IMG/VR virus record: IMGVR_UViG_3300008262_000025
Location: 25,558 to 89,557 of that record
From: a virus
Direction: 5' to 3' (one strand)
DNA: 64,000 nt
The notes under the pieces are model-generated. The model did no database searches, had not been told where the DNA came from, and was given only the letters and a program-made list of their open reading frames with translations. This document shows, one piece after another, positions 10,396 to 20,552 of this stretch; position 1 is the first letter of the stretch; each line of letters opens with the position of its first letter. Both the position numbers and the translations under genes were made by a program.

Positions 10396-11103
10396 CTACC
10401 AATTTATTGATAAAGATTCGTCAATAGTTTTTAATTCTTGATTAATCTTATCAAATAAACAGTATCGGTGAAAGATTTCTCTTTCTTCTCTTGTTTTACA
10501 GACCTCTTTGGGCGTATATATTACATTAGCTTTTTCAGGAAATGATAAATTAGATACATTACCAATACAAACAAATAAACAATTATTGTTGTATTCGTGA
10601 ATACTATTAATCAAAGATTGAGTAAATCTCAACCAATAACTAATATGATTATCTGGATTTACCATTTCTCTTGTCATAGAAGCGTTAATTAATAACACTC
10701 CTTGTTTCATCCATTCGTTTGCATTAAACGTAGTAAATATGTCATCTTTATACAGTTGATAAGTAGTTTCTACTACATCAAGAATATCAGTTCTAATTCT
10801 TGGAAACTTATCTTGTAATTCTAAAGGTATTCCTGTACATCCTACGTTCTCCATAGGTTGATCAAATATCATTACTACTTTTAGATCGTTTAGATTAACA
10901 GATCTAAAAGGTTGAAGTATATTTTGTATCTTAGGTAATAACTTAAAACCTAATTGTTTTGATACATTAAAACCATGATCATCTTTCTTAGGATGATCTG
11001 TAATTACATTTGTTAAAGTTTGAATATATAACTCACCTAATGGTGATTGAAATAAACTAAGCCATGAATCGTCAATCTTATTTTTAAAAATATCAGTTGT
11101 CAT
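10396..11103 (-). CDS. Uracil-DNA glycosylase family-1-like protein, degenerate active site
   Basis: LKVVMIFDQP (canonical KVVILGQDPY), WMKQGVLLINASMT; no HPSP motif. Confidence 0.75.
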   Translation of the reverse strand: MTTDIFKNKIDDSWLSLFQSPLGELYIQTLTNVITDHPKKDDHGFNVSKQLGFKLLPKIQNILQPFRSVNLNDLKVVMIFDQPMENVGCTGIPLELQDKFPRIRTDILDVVETTYQLYKDDIFTTFNANEWMKQGVLLINASMTREMVNPDNHISYWLRFTQSLINSIHEYNNNCLFVCIGNVSNLSFPEKANVIYTPKEVCKTREEREIFHRYCLFDKINQELKTIDESLSINW

Positions 11104-12112
11104 CTATAAGTTTTTGTATATAAATTTCAAAATCTTCTTCATTCATTAATGATCTTATTTCAGCTAAATCTTTTTTATGATTTACTTTTTCAAGTAATCT
11201 ATATTCACATTTAAAAGAATCAGCGTGTTTTATAGTATAATAATGACCTGTTTCATCAGCATCATAAAGGATTATTATTCTTTTATATTTCTTTTTTAAC
11301 TTATTAAAAATACTTTTAGGTATCTCAACAGTCTCAGATTGTGGTGCAATAGCATCATAACCTATAGAAATTAAAGTTAATAAATCTTTCATTGATGATG
11401 TAATAAATAATATGTCATCTTTTGATTTATAAGATAATTGTTCTAAACCTTGTACATCATTAGGATTAGTATTACTTCTCCATTTATTCTCAGAGTTTTT
11501 TGTTAATGGTCTATAAAGTTTCACATTAAAATCATTGTCTCCAATCTTGTAACAATAACAAGGGTCATCACGATCTTTATCATAATCATAACTTAATGAA
11601 AATCCTGATTTATTTAAACTCTTAGTATAGTATTTCTTTACAGGAGATATTTTATATCTTTTTAAAAGCTTTATATCTATACCAAATTGCAACCAATATT
11701 CTTGATCTTTTTTATTCCAGTTTCTTATATGAATCTGAAAATATGTTTTCTTAACTTTTGTTTCAAATTCTCTAGTATTGTTCTTTTTACGTAAAGGAGT
11801 TAAATCAGTTCTACTAGAAATATTTCTTGATGATAATCCTAAATTGAAATCATCATTTATCTTTTGCATAGCCTGACCAAAATTCATGTCATACTTAAGC
11901 ATTACTATTTTAATAGCATCACCACTGTAATTAGGTTTAGCTAAATCATAAAAAACAAATCTTCCTGATTTACTCCAACTAAAATAACAAGTTGGTTTAT
12001 TATCAATTCTAAAAGGATTTCTATATTTAAGATTAGTTTTGACCTCACTTGGAAAATATCTTTCCATTGCTACTTTAGGATCAACTAATTGAAATATCTC
12101 ATTAGGAGTCAT
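11093..12112 (-). CDS. DNA primase (DnaG/TOPRIM, crAss-like)
   Basis: NPFRIDNKPT N-terminus, ITSSMKD, APQSE, YDADETG, KDLAE. Confidence 0.88.
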   Translation of the reverse strand: MTPNEIFQLVDPKVAMERYFPSEVKTNLKYRNPFRIDNKPTCYFSWSKSGRFVFYDLAKPNYSGDAIKIVMLKYDMNFGQAMQKINDDFNLGLSSRNISSRTDLTPLRKKNNTREFETKVKKTYFQIHIRNWNKKDQEYWLQFGIDIKLLKRYKISPVKKYYTKSLNKSGFSLSYDYDKDRDDPCYCYKIGDNDFNVKLYRPLTKNSENKWRSNTNPNDVQGLEQLSYKSKDDILFITSSMKDLLTLISIGYDAIAPQSETVEIPKSIFNKLKKKYKRIIILYDADETGHYYTIKHADSFKCEYRLLEKVNHKKDLAEIRSLMNEEDFEIYIQKLIDDN

Positions 12113-12128
12113 TGAACAAAGTTAATTT

Positions 12129-12154
12129 AAAAAGGGAGGAGTTACCCTCCCTTT
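12129..12154 (-). terminator. Intrinsic terminator
   Basis: AAAGGGAGG-GTAACT-CCTCCCTTTTT after the SSB-like gene. Confidence 0.75.
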
Positions 12155-12157
12155 ATT

Positions 12158-13108
12158 CTAAAAATCGTCGTCAGTAAGAATATCGTAATTATTACTATCA
12201 GCAATCTCTTTAATTTCAGTATTAGATTCTACTGTTTTAGTAGGATCATAAACTTTAAATAAGAAAGAATCCTGGATAGTAGCATTAAATCTACCTTCTT
12301 CTACACTTTCTTTTGCACCTTTAGATATATCTCTACCTTCTTTAGCAAATGCATTTACACTTTTACTTGTAAATACTCTTTGGTTTAGATAGAAATTACC
12401 ATTTGCATCAGTATTGTCACTTACTTCAACACCCAATAATACGGCTACTTTTCTTGGTATACCGTCAGGATGAGAGAAGTTCTCATCACCAATTAACTCA
12501 TTCAATGCAGATACATCTCCACTAAACAATGTTTCCATTGTAGCTGTAGCATCATCACCTAGAATAAAATCTGTAATTGGTGTTTCTTTGTTACTGCTTT
12601 TGTTATACCAGGCATAAAGAAAATCGTAAAGTTGCACTTCACCTTCTTTTGCTTTTCTTGCATTCTCAGTTTTAAACCAAGACATACCTGCATTATCTTT
12701 AATTGCATCAATACTTGGTGCCCAAGTACTTTGCAATCTATCATTTATAAATCTAAAGTTACCACTAGCAGATACTTCGTCTCTATCAGAAACTAAAAAT
12801 CCTGTGTTAAAATAATGATCATTTGGATAATCTTCAATCAATTTACCATCAATTGTTTTCTTTCCAATTTCAACATTAGGATTGATGCGCATTAGAATTT
12901 CAATTCTACGATAAGTTTTATCTTGCATCGTTACTTTATATTCAGGATCTTTAATGTTATCACCATTTTCGATTCCTTTAATTTCCATTATTTCCTGTTT
13001 AGTAGGATTGAATTTTAAGATTTCAGCATCTGCTACACCAGTAAAATAATGTTTTACTTTAGGTTCAAGTGTTTTAACTTCAACCCCACCTTTAGCTTTA
13101 ATACCCAT
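12158..13108 (-). CDS. Putative single-stranded DNA-binding protein
   Basis: Lies between primase and Sak4/DnaB; FNPTKQEI motif; acidic aromatic-ending tail LTDDDF. Confidence 0.6.
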   Translation of the reverse strand: MGIKAKGGVEVKTLEPKVKHYFTGVADAEILKFNPTKQEIMEIKGIENGDNIKDPEYKVTMQDKTYRRIEILMRINPNVEIGKKTIDGKLIEDYPNDHYFNTGFLVSDRDEVSASGNFRFINDRLQSTWAPSIDAIKDNAGMSWFKTENARKAKEGEVQLYDFLYAWYNKSSNKETPITDFILGDDATATMETLFSGDVSALNELIGDENFSHPDGIPRKVAVLLGVEVSDNTDANGNFYLNQRVFTSKSVNAFAKEGRDISKGAKESVEEGRFNATIQDSFLFKVYDPTKTVESNTEIKEIADSNNYDILTDDDF

Positions 13109-13142
13109 ATAAATAAGTAAATTTAATTTAAAAAATGTTTAA

Positions 13143-13697
13143 TTAGTCTTGATGAATCTTTATCTCAGTATCTTTACCAGATGTTTGAAATACAGAATCA
13201 ATCTCTCTTTCTTTTACTTCTACCTTAGGTACACTTAAATTAACTTCTTCTAATTTAAAATAACCTTTTGTAGTTTCTGATTCTACTAAAGCAAAATAAC
13301 GATCTTCCAAAAAGTTATCATTTGAATGATAGCTTTCAATCTCATCATAAATCCAAGATGATTTACAACGGAGTGTAGAAAGATTTATTTTAGTAGTACT
13401 TTTTTTAACAACATTTCTTTTATTATTTACATATTCCACTGAATCAGTGTTAGTAACATAAAGAAATACTTTTTCTTCAGATGTAGTCTTTGTTTCGTAT
13501 CCACGAACAATAGCTAATCTATCTCTGTCATTGTTGACTTCTAATCCTAAAAGCTCTACAGCTTTGCGGTTAAGTCTTAACATTTTAGATCCTTCGTTAG
13601 GATTTGCCTGTAGCATAATTGTTGCTACGTTTGGATAAATGTCTAATTTCTCTTCGATTTGTTCTTTCTTAGAACCTTTTGCTTTTACTGGAATCAT
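13143..13697 (-). CDS. hypothetical protein (replication module)
   Basis: 184-aa ORF. Confidence 0.75.
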   Translation of the reverse strand: MIPVKAKGSKKEQIEEKLDIYPNVATIMLQANPNEGSKMLRLNRKAVELLGLEVNNDRDRLAIVRGYETKTTSEEKVFLYVTNTDSVEYVNNKRNVVKKSTTKINLSTLRCKSSWIYDEIESYHSNDNFLEDRYFALVESETTKGYFKLEEVNLSVPKVEVKEREIDSVFQTSGKDTEIKIHQD

Positions 13698-13702
13698 AAT
13701 AA

Positions 13703-14515
13703 TTAATCAATGTAAATTTCTTCCCAATGTGCTGTTGTACCATCCATGATTACAATTTCTTTACCTTGTAAGTGTACTGGTCTGGCACCGCACGTGTCAT
13801 CTTGAGAAGCAAAATTAATAATAGTCTTGTCTTTATTTCTATATATATAACCAATAGCATCTGATGATGCTGCTGTAATTTGTGAAATTTTACCCGTAAG
13901 ATCTAAATCTTTAGAGCTCAATTCCTTACCATCTTTATCAATCTTTTTGTCTTTTAAGTGACCAACAAGAATAATATCTGGAGCTAGTCCATCAATTACT
14001 TTTAGCCAATACTCAAATGCCAATCTCAACCATAAATAACCTGCGCCGTTAGGTAATGATAATACTGTTTCCCATTCATTCTTAGGAAGAAATGCACCAG
14101 CTTTATCTCTGTTAAACTTTTTACCTTGTACGCTATCCATATACATCTTAGTTGCATAGTCTTCACACCACATCTCTAATTGAGTAATAGTGTCAACAGC
14201 AATAATTTTATAAGGATATTCTCCGTTATTTTGTTTTCGATGTTTGTTTATTTCTACTGCAAACTCATTCAAATAATATTTGTATTCTGAATGTCGTTTT
14301 TGAATTTGTTCTGGTGTTTCCTGTTTATCAGAACGTAAACCAATAACTTTTACTTTAATTGCATCTACGTGGTCAGTGCCATCTTCTAAATCTAAAATAC
14401 AACAATCAGTTAGTTTGGATAAAATTGTAGTTTTACCAACTTTAGGTTTGCCATAGATAATAAGTCTTCTTGGATTTTGTCTTGTTGCTTTTAATACTTG
14501 CGTAGGTAACATCAT
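13703..14515 (-). CDS. Sak4-like / AAA_24 ATPase (recombination)
   Basis: GKPKVGKT, ILDLEDG, AVDTIT, GAGY, LVGH, DAIGY. Confidence 0.85.
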   Translation of the reverse strand: MMLPTQVLKATRQNPRRLIIYGKPKVGKTTILSKLTDCCILDLEDGTDHVDAIKVKVIGLRSDKQETPEQIQKRHSEYKYYLNEFAVEINKHRKQNNGEYPYKIIAVDTITQLEMWCEDYATKMYMDSVQGKKFNRDKAGAFLPKNEWETVLSLPNGAGYLWLRLAFEYWLKVIDGLAPDIILVGHLKDKKIDKDGKELSSKDLDLTGKISQITAASSDAIGYIYRNKDKTIINFASQDDTCGARPVHLQGKEIVIMDGTTAHWEEIYID

Positions 14516-15651
14516 TAATTGTTTAATTTTTTATCTTTATCTTCTTTTGATAACTGTGTAAAATGTTTAAAAGATGATACTTTATTATATTGTTCTGCTG
14601 TAATTTGTTTACCATTTGGTAGTTCTTGAAAGTAACCACACTCGCCAATATATAATAAACCAACTCTTTTATTATTTTCACCTTCTCTGTTTTTTAAAAT
14701 ACCTATAGCTCTAAATCTATTTTTAAATTTAAAGATGTCATAATCCATAAATTTATCAAGATTGTTATTAGGGTTTATATGATTCATAGGATCAAACAAA
14801 GCCATAACTAGATTAGCATCTTGTGCTAACATGTTAGTTTCTTTAATGTCTGATATTTTTGGAAATAGTTCACCGTATTTAACACGATTAATATCATCCA
14901 TAGATCTGTTACTGTGTGAAACATTTACACAACTAAAGCCTAGTTGATTTCTGTAAATATCTCTACAGTTAGAACTATGAAGGTCAATCGTAGTTTTAAC
15001 TGACGTATTACCATTATGACTTTCTACTTTTAAATTACCAACAGTATCTGTAATTATTATTACAGTTTGATTAGAATCGTTAGGAGTAAATTTAAATTTA
15101 CCATCATCATCTTCTTCTAATTTACCTACACTTGCTGCAAAATTTAATACATCCTGTCTAATTTGACTAGGACTCATAGGTCTATCAATAATAGTAATAT
15201 GTTGAAACATTTCATCAAAATAAGATGATAACTCTTTTATCTTTTTATAGAGAGCACTATCAAGTTTATTATCACCTTTAGAAAATATATATTTAGAGTC
15301 TACAATAATTCCATAATCTATAAATAGTTTAAGTGCAACTAATTTAGCAATTACTTCTTCTGCAGAAACCTCTAAACTATATAGTCTAATCTTCAATGAA
15401 TCTTTTATTTTACCTTTATTTTTGTAACAATATTCATAAGGGTACATTACATAAGCATACCATACAAATGAAGATTTACCAACACCAGACTCTGCAAAGA
15501 TAACATCGTATCTTGCTTTCTGAATACCAGCAATATAATCTTCAAGTTTAGGAAAACCCATAGGTAAACCTTTGTTGTATCCTTGAATACCTTTATCTAC
15601 TTTATTAAAAAATTTCTTATAAGTCGTCGAATAAGGAATATTTAGACTCAT
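14515..15651 (-). CDS. DnaB-like replicative helicase
   Basis: AESGVGKS, YSLE, ITDT, SHSNR, QDANLV, LKNREG. Confidence 0.88.
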   Translation of the reverse strand: MSLNIPYSTTYKKFFNKVDKGIQGYNKGLPMGFPKLEDYIAGIQKARYDVIFAESGVGKSSFVWYAYVMYPYEYCYKNKGKIKDSLKIRLYSLEVSAEEVIAKLVALKLFIDYGIIVDSKYIFSKGDNKLDSALYKKIKELSSYFDEMFQHITIIDRPMSPSQIRQDVLNFAASVGKLEEDDDGKFKFTPNDSNQTVIIITDTVGNLKVESHNGNTSVKTTIDLHSSNCRDIYRNQLGFSCVNVSHSNRSMDDINRVKYGELFPKISDIKETNMLAQDANLVMALFDPMNHINPNNNLDKFMDYDIFKFKNRFRAIGILKNREGENNKRVGLLYIGECGYFQELPNGKQITAEQYNKVSSFKHFTQLSKEDKDKKLNN

Positions 15652-16198
15652 TAGTTAAATTATTGTCTTTATTAATTTTAATTTGTTCGCAATAAACAAC
15701 AAGATCAGTAGATACTTCTCCTGTTACTTTATCTCTTTTCTTTATAAAATGATCGGCTTGTCTTAGGTATTGGTAATTACCGTATTGTGAAATGATATCT
15801 TTAAAATAAAAATCTCTTGCATCAAAGACATCATCTTTAGTGTAAGTAGGATTCTCTTTAAAGAATTCTTTCATTTTTTCAATGCAGTCTTGTTTAATAC
15901 CCATAGCTTTTACTCTCTTACCTGACCAACCTGCACGCCAATCATCTATCCATTCTTCAATATTAGAATGACCATTATTATAGTTAATTTTTAATTGAGA
16001 GTTACTTTTTGTAACAATCTCTACTTCTACTTCAATAAAAACTAAACTATTATCCATTTGAAAATCTTTATTTAGTCTAGCTTTATTTAGATGAACTAAA
16101 TTAACACTACAAAGTTTATACTTACCTTTGGATATAGGTTCAAGTAATTTATTACTTACTAAATAGTCAAATTCTTTTTCATTAACTTTAAGTAACAT
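15617..16198 (-). CDS. hypothetical replication protein adjacent to helicase
   Basis: 193-aa ORF overlapping the DnaB start; YLRQADHFIKK. Confidence 0.7.
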   Translation of the reverse strand: MLLKVNEKEFDYLVSNKLLEPISKGKYKLCSVNLVHLNKARLNKDFQMDNSLVFIEVEVEIVTKSNSQLKINYNNGHSNIEEWIDDWRAGWSGKRVKAMGIKQDCIEKMKEFFKENPTYTKDDVFDARDFYFKDIISQYGNYQYLRQADHFIKKRDKVTGEVSTDLVVYCEQIKINKDNNLTNESKYSLFDDL

Positions 16199-16901
16199 TT
16201 ATACGAGTGTCTTTAAAATATTTATTTAATACTTGAATAAGTGCATCAAGATCATCGCTTGATAAAACTTTTTTCTTTTTTAAGTTATCATAAGTTCTAT
16301 ACCATACATCATCATTTTTGTTATAGTACTTCTTATGATTTAAGTACGTTTTCTTTCTTTTTACACTAAGTTGATATACTTCCATTTCAACAAAAAGTGA
16401 ACCATCTAAATTACTATATGAATGACTTTTTATTTCTTCATGTAAATGTAAATGAGATAATTGTTGATTAATAGTTTTTATTTTACTATCATAACTCTTA
16501 ATCATTTCTAATATCTTATCACATCTTTTTGAATAATCATTATACTTTTCTTTAGCAGACTTAGGTTCATTTTTGATGTAGTTAATATCTCTTTTAACTA
16601 AAGACTTAAGTTCTAATTCTAAGGAGTAGCCTTCTACATCTAAACAGAAATCTTCTGAAGTTCCTCCACTTAAAAACCATTCTTTTTTTCTTTCGTTTAA
16701 ATCTCTATGGATTTTAAATAACTTATCTTTTTTTGAAACAGATTCTTTTAAAACTCTACTGTAATCATTTTTTAGTTTACTTTTTTCAGTTGTTAAAAGA
16801 TTAAAATAACGAGAGAGTTTATCACGCTCTCTCGTTAATTCACTTAAAGAATTAGATAATTCTTTTACTTGTTTCTCAAGATATTCCCAATCTATTTTCA
16901 T
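16188..16901 (-). CDS. coiled-coil hypothetical protein
   Basis: 237-aa heptad-rich ORF. Confidence 0.7.
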   Translation of the reverse strand: MKIDWEYLEKQVKELSNSLSELTRERDKLSRYFNLLTTEKSKLKNDYSRVLKESVSKKDKLFKIHRDLNERKKEWFLSGGTSEDFCLDVEGYSLELELKSLVKRDINYIKNEPKSAKEKYNDYSKRCDKILEMIKSYDSKIKTINQQLSHLHLHEEIKSHSYSNLDGSLFVEMEVYQLSVKRKKTYLNHKKYYNKNDDVWYRTYDNLKKKKVLSSDDLDALIQVLNKYFKDTRINVT

Positions 16902-18193
16902 TTAAGAAGATTTGATCTTTTTAATCTAGTTTCAAGAAATTCTTTTAACTGAGTTCTTTTTTCAGTTATAGATTTTAATTCCATACGTAAAGCATCACGA
17001 GTTTCCTCAAGAGGTTTCATCTTGTCTTCTAACTCTTTCTTTTCACGTTTGAGTTTAGCATCATTGTAAGAATCAGCTATATCTTCCCAGATTCCACCTT
17101 TCAATTTCTTTTCAAATTCAGCTAAAGGAGATGTTACTTTTTGTACATCTTTCTCTTTAATTGATAATTGACGAGTTAAATCTGTGTAACCTAATACACC
17201 AGAAGGATTATCACCAACTTGTCCAATAATTAGATTCTCCATTATACTCTTAATTTGGTCTTTTGTTTTACTACCATTAACAATATCTGGATGAATCATT
17301 GTTTTATCAGATAAATCTTCACCTAAAACTTTATTTAATCTGGATTTGATATCACTACCATTCCATTTAAATAAAGATTCAATCTGATCAATTGCTTCAT
17401 AAATTGTAAATTTTGTTGGATTTTCGGAATCCTTCTTAGAAGATTCCTGCTCAGGCTTTTTTTCAGCGCCTTCTTTATCTTTCGATTCTTCTTTACTTTT
17501 ATCATCCTTAGGTTTATCTTTATCTTTCTTTTCTTGCTTTACATAATTCTTATTACCTAACTCATTAGTATATTTTCTCCATAAGAAATATATTAACATA
17601 ACGTCAAAAATAGTTGTAGTATAAATAAGAAAAACTGATGCAAAAGAAATTGGTTGTCGCCAATCTGGATTGATAAGTTTATAGTTACTAGGATTAAATT
17701 CTAAAGTAAAACCTAAGATAGGTAACCACCAAAGCTGTGTATTATTTTGCTGTGCTTCTAAATGAAATATAGACTCTAAATAAAGCAAATAAATTATACC
17801 TGTTATTACAAATCCTACAAAGAATACAGGAATAGATTTAAATAAAACCTTAAGAAGTTCTAGAAAATTCAATTTATTTTTTTCAGCAGCTTTCCGCATA
17901 GAATTAGATATTACACTAATGAATATAAAAGAAGTTAGTATTTCTATTACACCAATAAGAGCATATCTTGAAAAAGCCTGGAATAAATCCATACCCATAC
18001 TGTCCATTGCAACTAATGATAAGTTCATTACCTCAATAAAAGTACCTACAGCACTTAAACTTTTAAATAAAAACTCAACATTCTCCTCTGCTAATGTATT
18101 AAAATTTATTGGGTTACTTGATTTAGTATTAAAATAATACCAGATACCAATAATAGCAATACATATAATTCCGATAACTGTTCCTAATGCCAT
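16898..18193 (-). CDS. Multi-pass membrane protein with C-terminal coiled coil
   Basis: About five hydrophobic segments, K/E/D-rich linker, coiled-coil end. Confidence 0.75.
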   Translation of the reverse strand: MALGTVIGIICIAIIGIWYYFNTKSSNPINFNTLAEENVEFLFKSLSAVGTFIEVMNLSLVAMDSMGMDLFQAFSRYALIGVIEILTSFIFISVISNSMRKAAEKNKLNFLELLKVLFKSIPVFFVGFVITGIIYLLYLESIFHLEAQQNNTQLWWLPILGFTLEFNPSNYKLINPDWRQPISFASVFLIYTTTIFDVMLIYFLWRKYTNELGNKNYVKQEKKDKDKPKDDKSKEESKDKEGAEKKPEQESSKKDSENPTKFTIYEAIDQIESLFKWNGSDIKSRLNKVLGEDLSDKTMIHPDIVNGSKTKDQIKSIMENLIIGQVGDNPSGVLGYTDLTRQLSIKEKDVQKVTSPLAEFEKKLKGGIWEDIADSYNDAKLKREKKELEDKMKPLEETRDALRMELKSITEKRTQLKEFLETRLKRSNLLK

Positions 18194-18194
18194 A

Positions 18195-18635
18195 TCACTT
18201 CTTAGTTTTAATTATAATATTAGCAATAGTATCATCAACGTTTTTAAAATCTACTCTATTTCTTTTTACTGTATAATCAATAAATTCTGATATAGCTTGA
18301 TCTAAAAATTTAACAATTCTTGGATCAGTGTTATAAATATTAAATAAATCATAGAATGATTCATTAAGATATTTACCAGGAATAGTACCACTTTTAAGTT
18401 CTTGAGTTAACATTTCTTTCAATATTATCTCAGAAATTTCAGGATACATAACTTTAGGTAAAGCTTTAACAGTATCTATTCTTGCAATTGAATCTTTAAG
18501 AATAGAATCCCTTTTTAACTTACTTGAGTCAACAAGTTCTTTGTTCTTACCAAACTTTCGCTTGGGTTTCTTTGTTTCTGTATTACCGCAAGATAATATA
18601 GATAAAATAAATAATAAAAGTAAAATTTTTCTCAT
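18195..18635 (-). CDS. Putative lipoprotein
   Basis: MRKILLLLFILSILSC lipobox. Confidence 0.7.
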   Translation of the reverse strand: MRKILLLLFILSILSCGNTETKKPKRKFGKNKELVDSSKLKRDSILKDSIARIDTVKALPKVMYPEISEIILKEMLTQELKSGTIPGKYLNESFYDLFNIYNTDPRIVKFLDQAISEFIDYTVKRNRVDFKNVDDTIANIIIKTKK

Positions 18636-18636
18636 A

Positions 18637-19588
18637 CTAAAAAAGAGTTAATTGGTTATTATTAGATATTACATTAATAATCTTATAAGCTTCTCTAACA
18701 TAATAGTTATAGTTGATGTCATAACAACTAAACTCTTCGCAATTATAATACCTGTTAAAAATAGTAGTATTAAAGTCTTTCTCGACATTAGATTCTCTAC
18801 TGTCGTTATGTACTTTCATTAACGTACCACCTTTATTTGTAATTAAATATCTGTTATTCTTTTGTAGTTTTGTTTCTACAAATTCTCTGTCTTCAATCTT
18901 ACGATGAATAGCTGTCCAACCTTTAGTAACTTTCATTGATAATGTAAAGTCATAAATGTCTGTAGAGTTCATTATTGTTTCTTCAATTGGTATATTATGA
19001 ACATAATAAGCTTCTAAAGCTTTAGGTACTATTTTCATAGAATGATCTTTATGCCAATCTTTATTTATCTCAAAGTCACCTTTAAGTTTTGTTTTATCAT
19101 TTTCATAAACTCCAATATAATTATTAACATCACGTATAATCATTTTTTTATAATTAACGTATTCAAGTTCAAGACCAGAAAGTGTTTCCCAATCTTTACA
19201 TATACTCATAAGTTTATCATAATGACTTTTATGAATCTTAACAGTAAGACCGTCAGTATTGATCTGTAACAAAGTAGAATCAGTATTTAATATTATTTCT
19301 TCAGCTAACATAGTTAATAGCAATTGGCCATTAACAGTAGTAGCTACAGTGTATGCTGGATCATAAAAGAATGATGTTTCTTCATTGGATTTACCATAAG
19401 AACCATTCAAAGCTAATTTTAATCCTTCATTAACAGCTTTAGCTGTCATGTCGTTTTTATCTATTTTAACTTTCTTTTTTGCAATAGATCTTTTATCATA
19501 TACACCTTCGTATATATCACAAAACTTTTCACCTAAATGTAAAGGATAAAATCTATTACGTATTGCTAAATTAGGATAAAAACTACTA
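18637..19588 (-). CDS. polB: DNA polymerase family B, exon 2
   Basis: SSFYPNLAI (rest of motif A), KLALNGSYG (motif B), QINTDGL (motif C), DVNNY; frame is open upstream of the track's 19449 start as far as the splice site. Confidence 0.92.
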
Positions 19589-19620
19589 CATTTGTTTCTG
19601 ACATTTCTATCAGGTTCGGA

Positions 19621-20298
19621 CTATATCTTAAATTCTTTTGTCCATATATAACCCATGTATGATTTTTTATAACCATTACATACTGAGTATATATTTTGCC
19701 ATTTAAAATCTGGATTATTTGAAATAATATCTTCAACAGAATCCCACTCTTTTAATAAATTTTTTTCTTTATCGTATTGTAAAAATTTGTATTTTTTCTT
19801 TTTTGTTTCTTTTAAAGTTTTAACCATCTTATTAACATTTTCTGGGTGTGACCAATGTTTTTTAGAATACTCAGAAAGTTTTAATTTATGTTCTGGATAT
19901 TTTATATATCTTCTTTTTTGAGATTCTGATAATACAATTCTAGTCTCATGTGAAACAATACATTTAGTTTCAGAATCAATTCTTAAATTATACCCTTTAT
20001 CTTTATTAGTAGATTCGTATTGATTAATCCAAAATAATTCTTTTTCTTTTAAAACTTTATCATCAATAATATCAAAATACTCTAATACCTCATATTCAAA
20101 AGAATCTCTTCCATATTTAAACCAAGAATGGATTAAATATCTATTTTCATTTTTTGATTTTTTATTTAATAAATTTATATGTTGTTTTATTCTAGAATAT
20201 ATATTCTTAGATTTTCCAATATACACTTTATTATTATTTTTATTTCTAATACAATAAATTCCACATTTATTAAGATCTCTTTTTCTGTTTAATTTCAT
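19621..20298 (-). CDS. Intron-encoded GIY-YIG homing endonuclease with NUMOD-type C-terminus
   Basis: CGIYCI..KVYIGKS..R..H, E..WI, GYN, ..VCNG..KSYMGYIW. Confidence 0.92.
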   Translation of the reverse strand: MKLNRKRDLNKCGIYCIRNKNNNKVYIGKSKNIYSRIKQHINLLNKKSKNENRYLIHSWFKYGRDSFEYEVLEYFDIIDDKVLKEKELFWINQYESTNKDKGYNLRIDSETKCIVSHETRIVLSESQKRRYIKYPEHKLKLSEYSKKHWSHPENVNKMVKTLKETKKKKYKFLQYDKEKNLLKEWDSVEDIISNNPDFKWQNIYSVCNGYKKSYMGYIWTKEFKI

Positions 20299-20326
20299 AA
20301 CTAATTATTTAATTGCTTACAATAAG

Positions 20327-20334
20327 CAAATATA
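20327..20334 (-). promoter_or_regulatory. Bacteroidota -7 promoter element upstream of the endonuclease
   Basis: TATATTTG matches TAnnTTTG, 28 nt before the ATG. Confidence 0.4.
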
Positions 20335-20552
20335 ATAAATAGTTATTTTTAGTTACCTCCTATTATCCAATAAAAGAATTTCCTTGCGCTTCGAATATCC
20401 CCTCGATATCCTACTCTACTCCTTTCCGTTTAGCAACGTAGTTTCGATAGTCTCTGCACGTTCCTTATTTTAACATAAAGCTTCGCTCAGGATTGCCATA
20501 TTTTATAAACTTAGGTTTCCCTGAATTCACAAGGTTAAGACGCTAGTAGTTA

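Larger units (their letters stand above)
19589..20552 (-). mobile_element. Group I intron in polB
   Basis: P1 GACGU/GCGUC with U-G at the 5' splice site; IGS AACUACUA pairs with 3' exon UAGUAGUU; P AAUUCAGGGAA, Q AAUCCUGAGC, R GCAGAGACUA, S AAGAUAUAGUCC; terminal G at 19589. Confidence 0.93.

Noticed and set aside
19450-20552. PolB split as an intein, frameshift or two separate genes
   Set aside because: Group I intron P1, P10, P/Q/R/S elements and terminal G restore motif A exactly.
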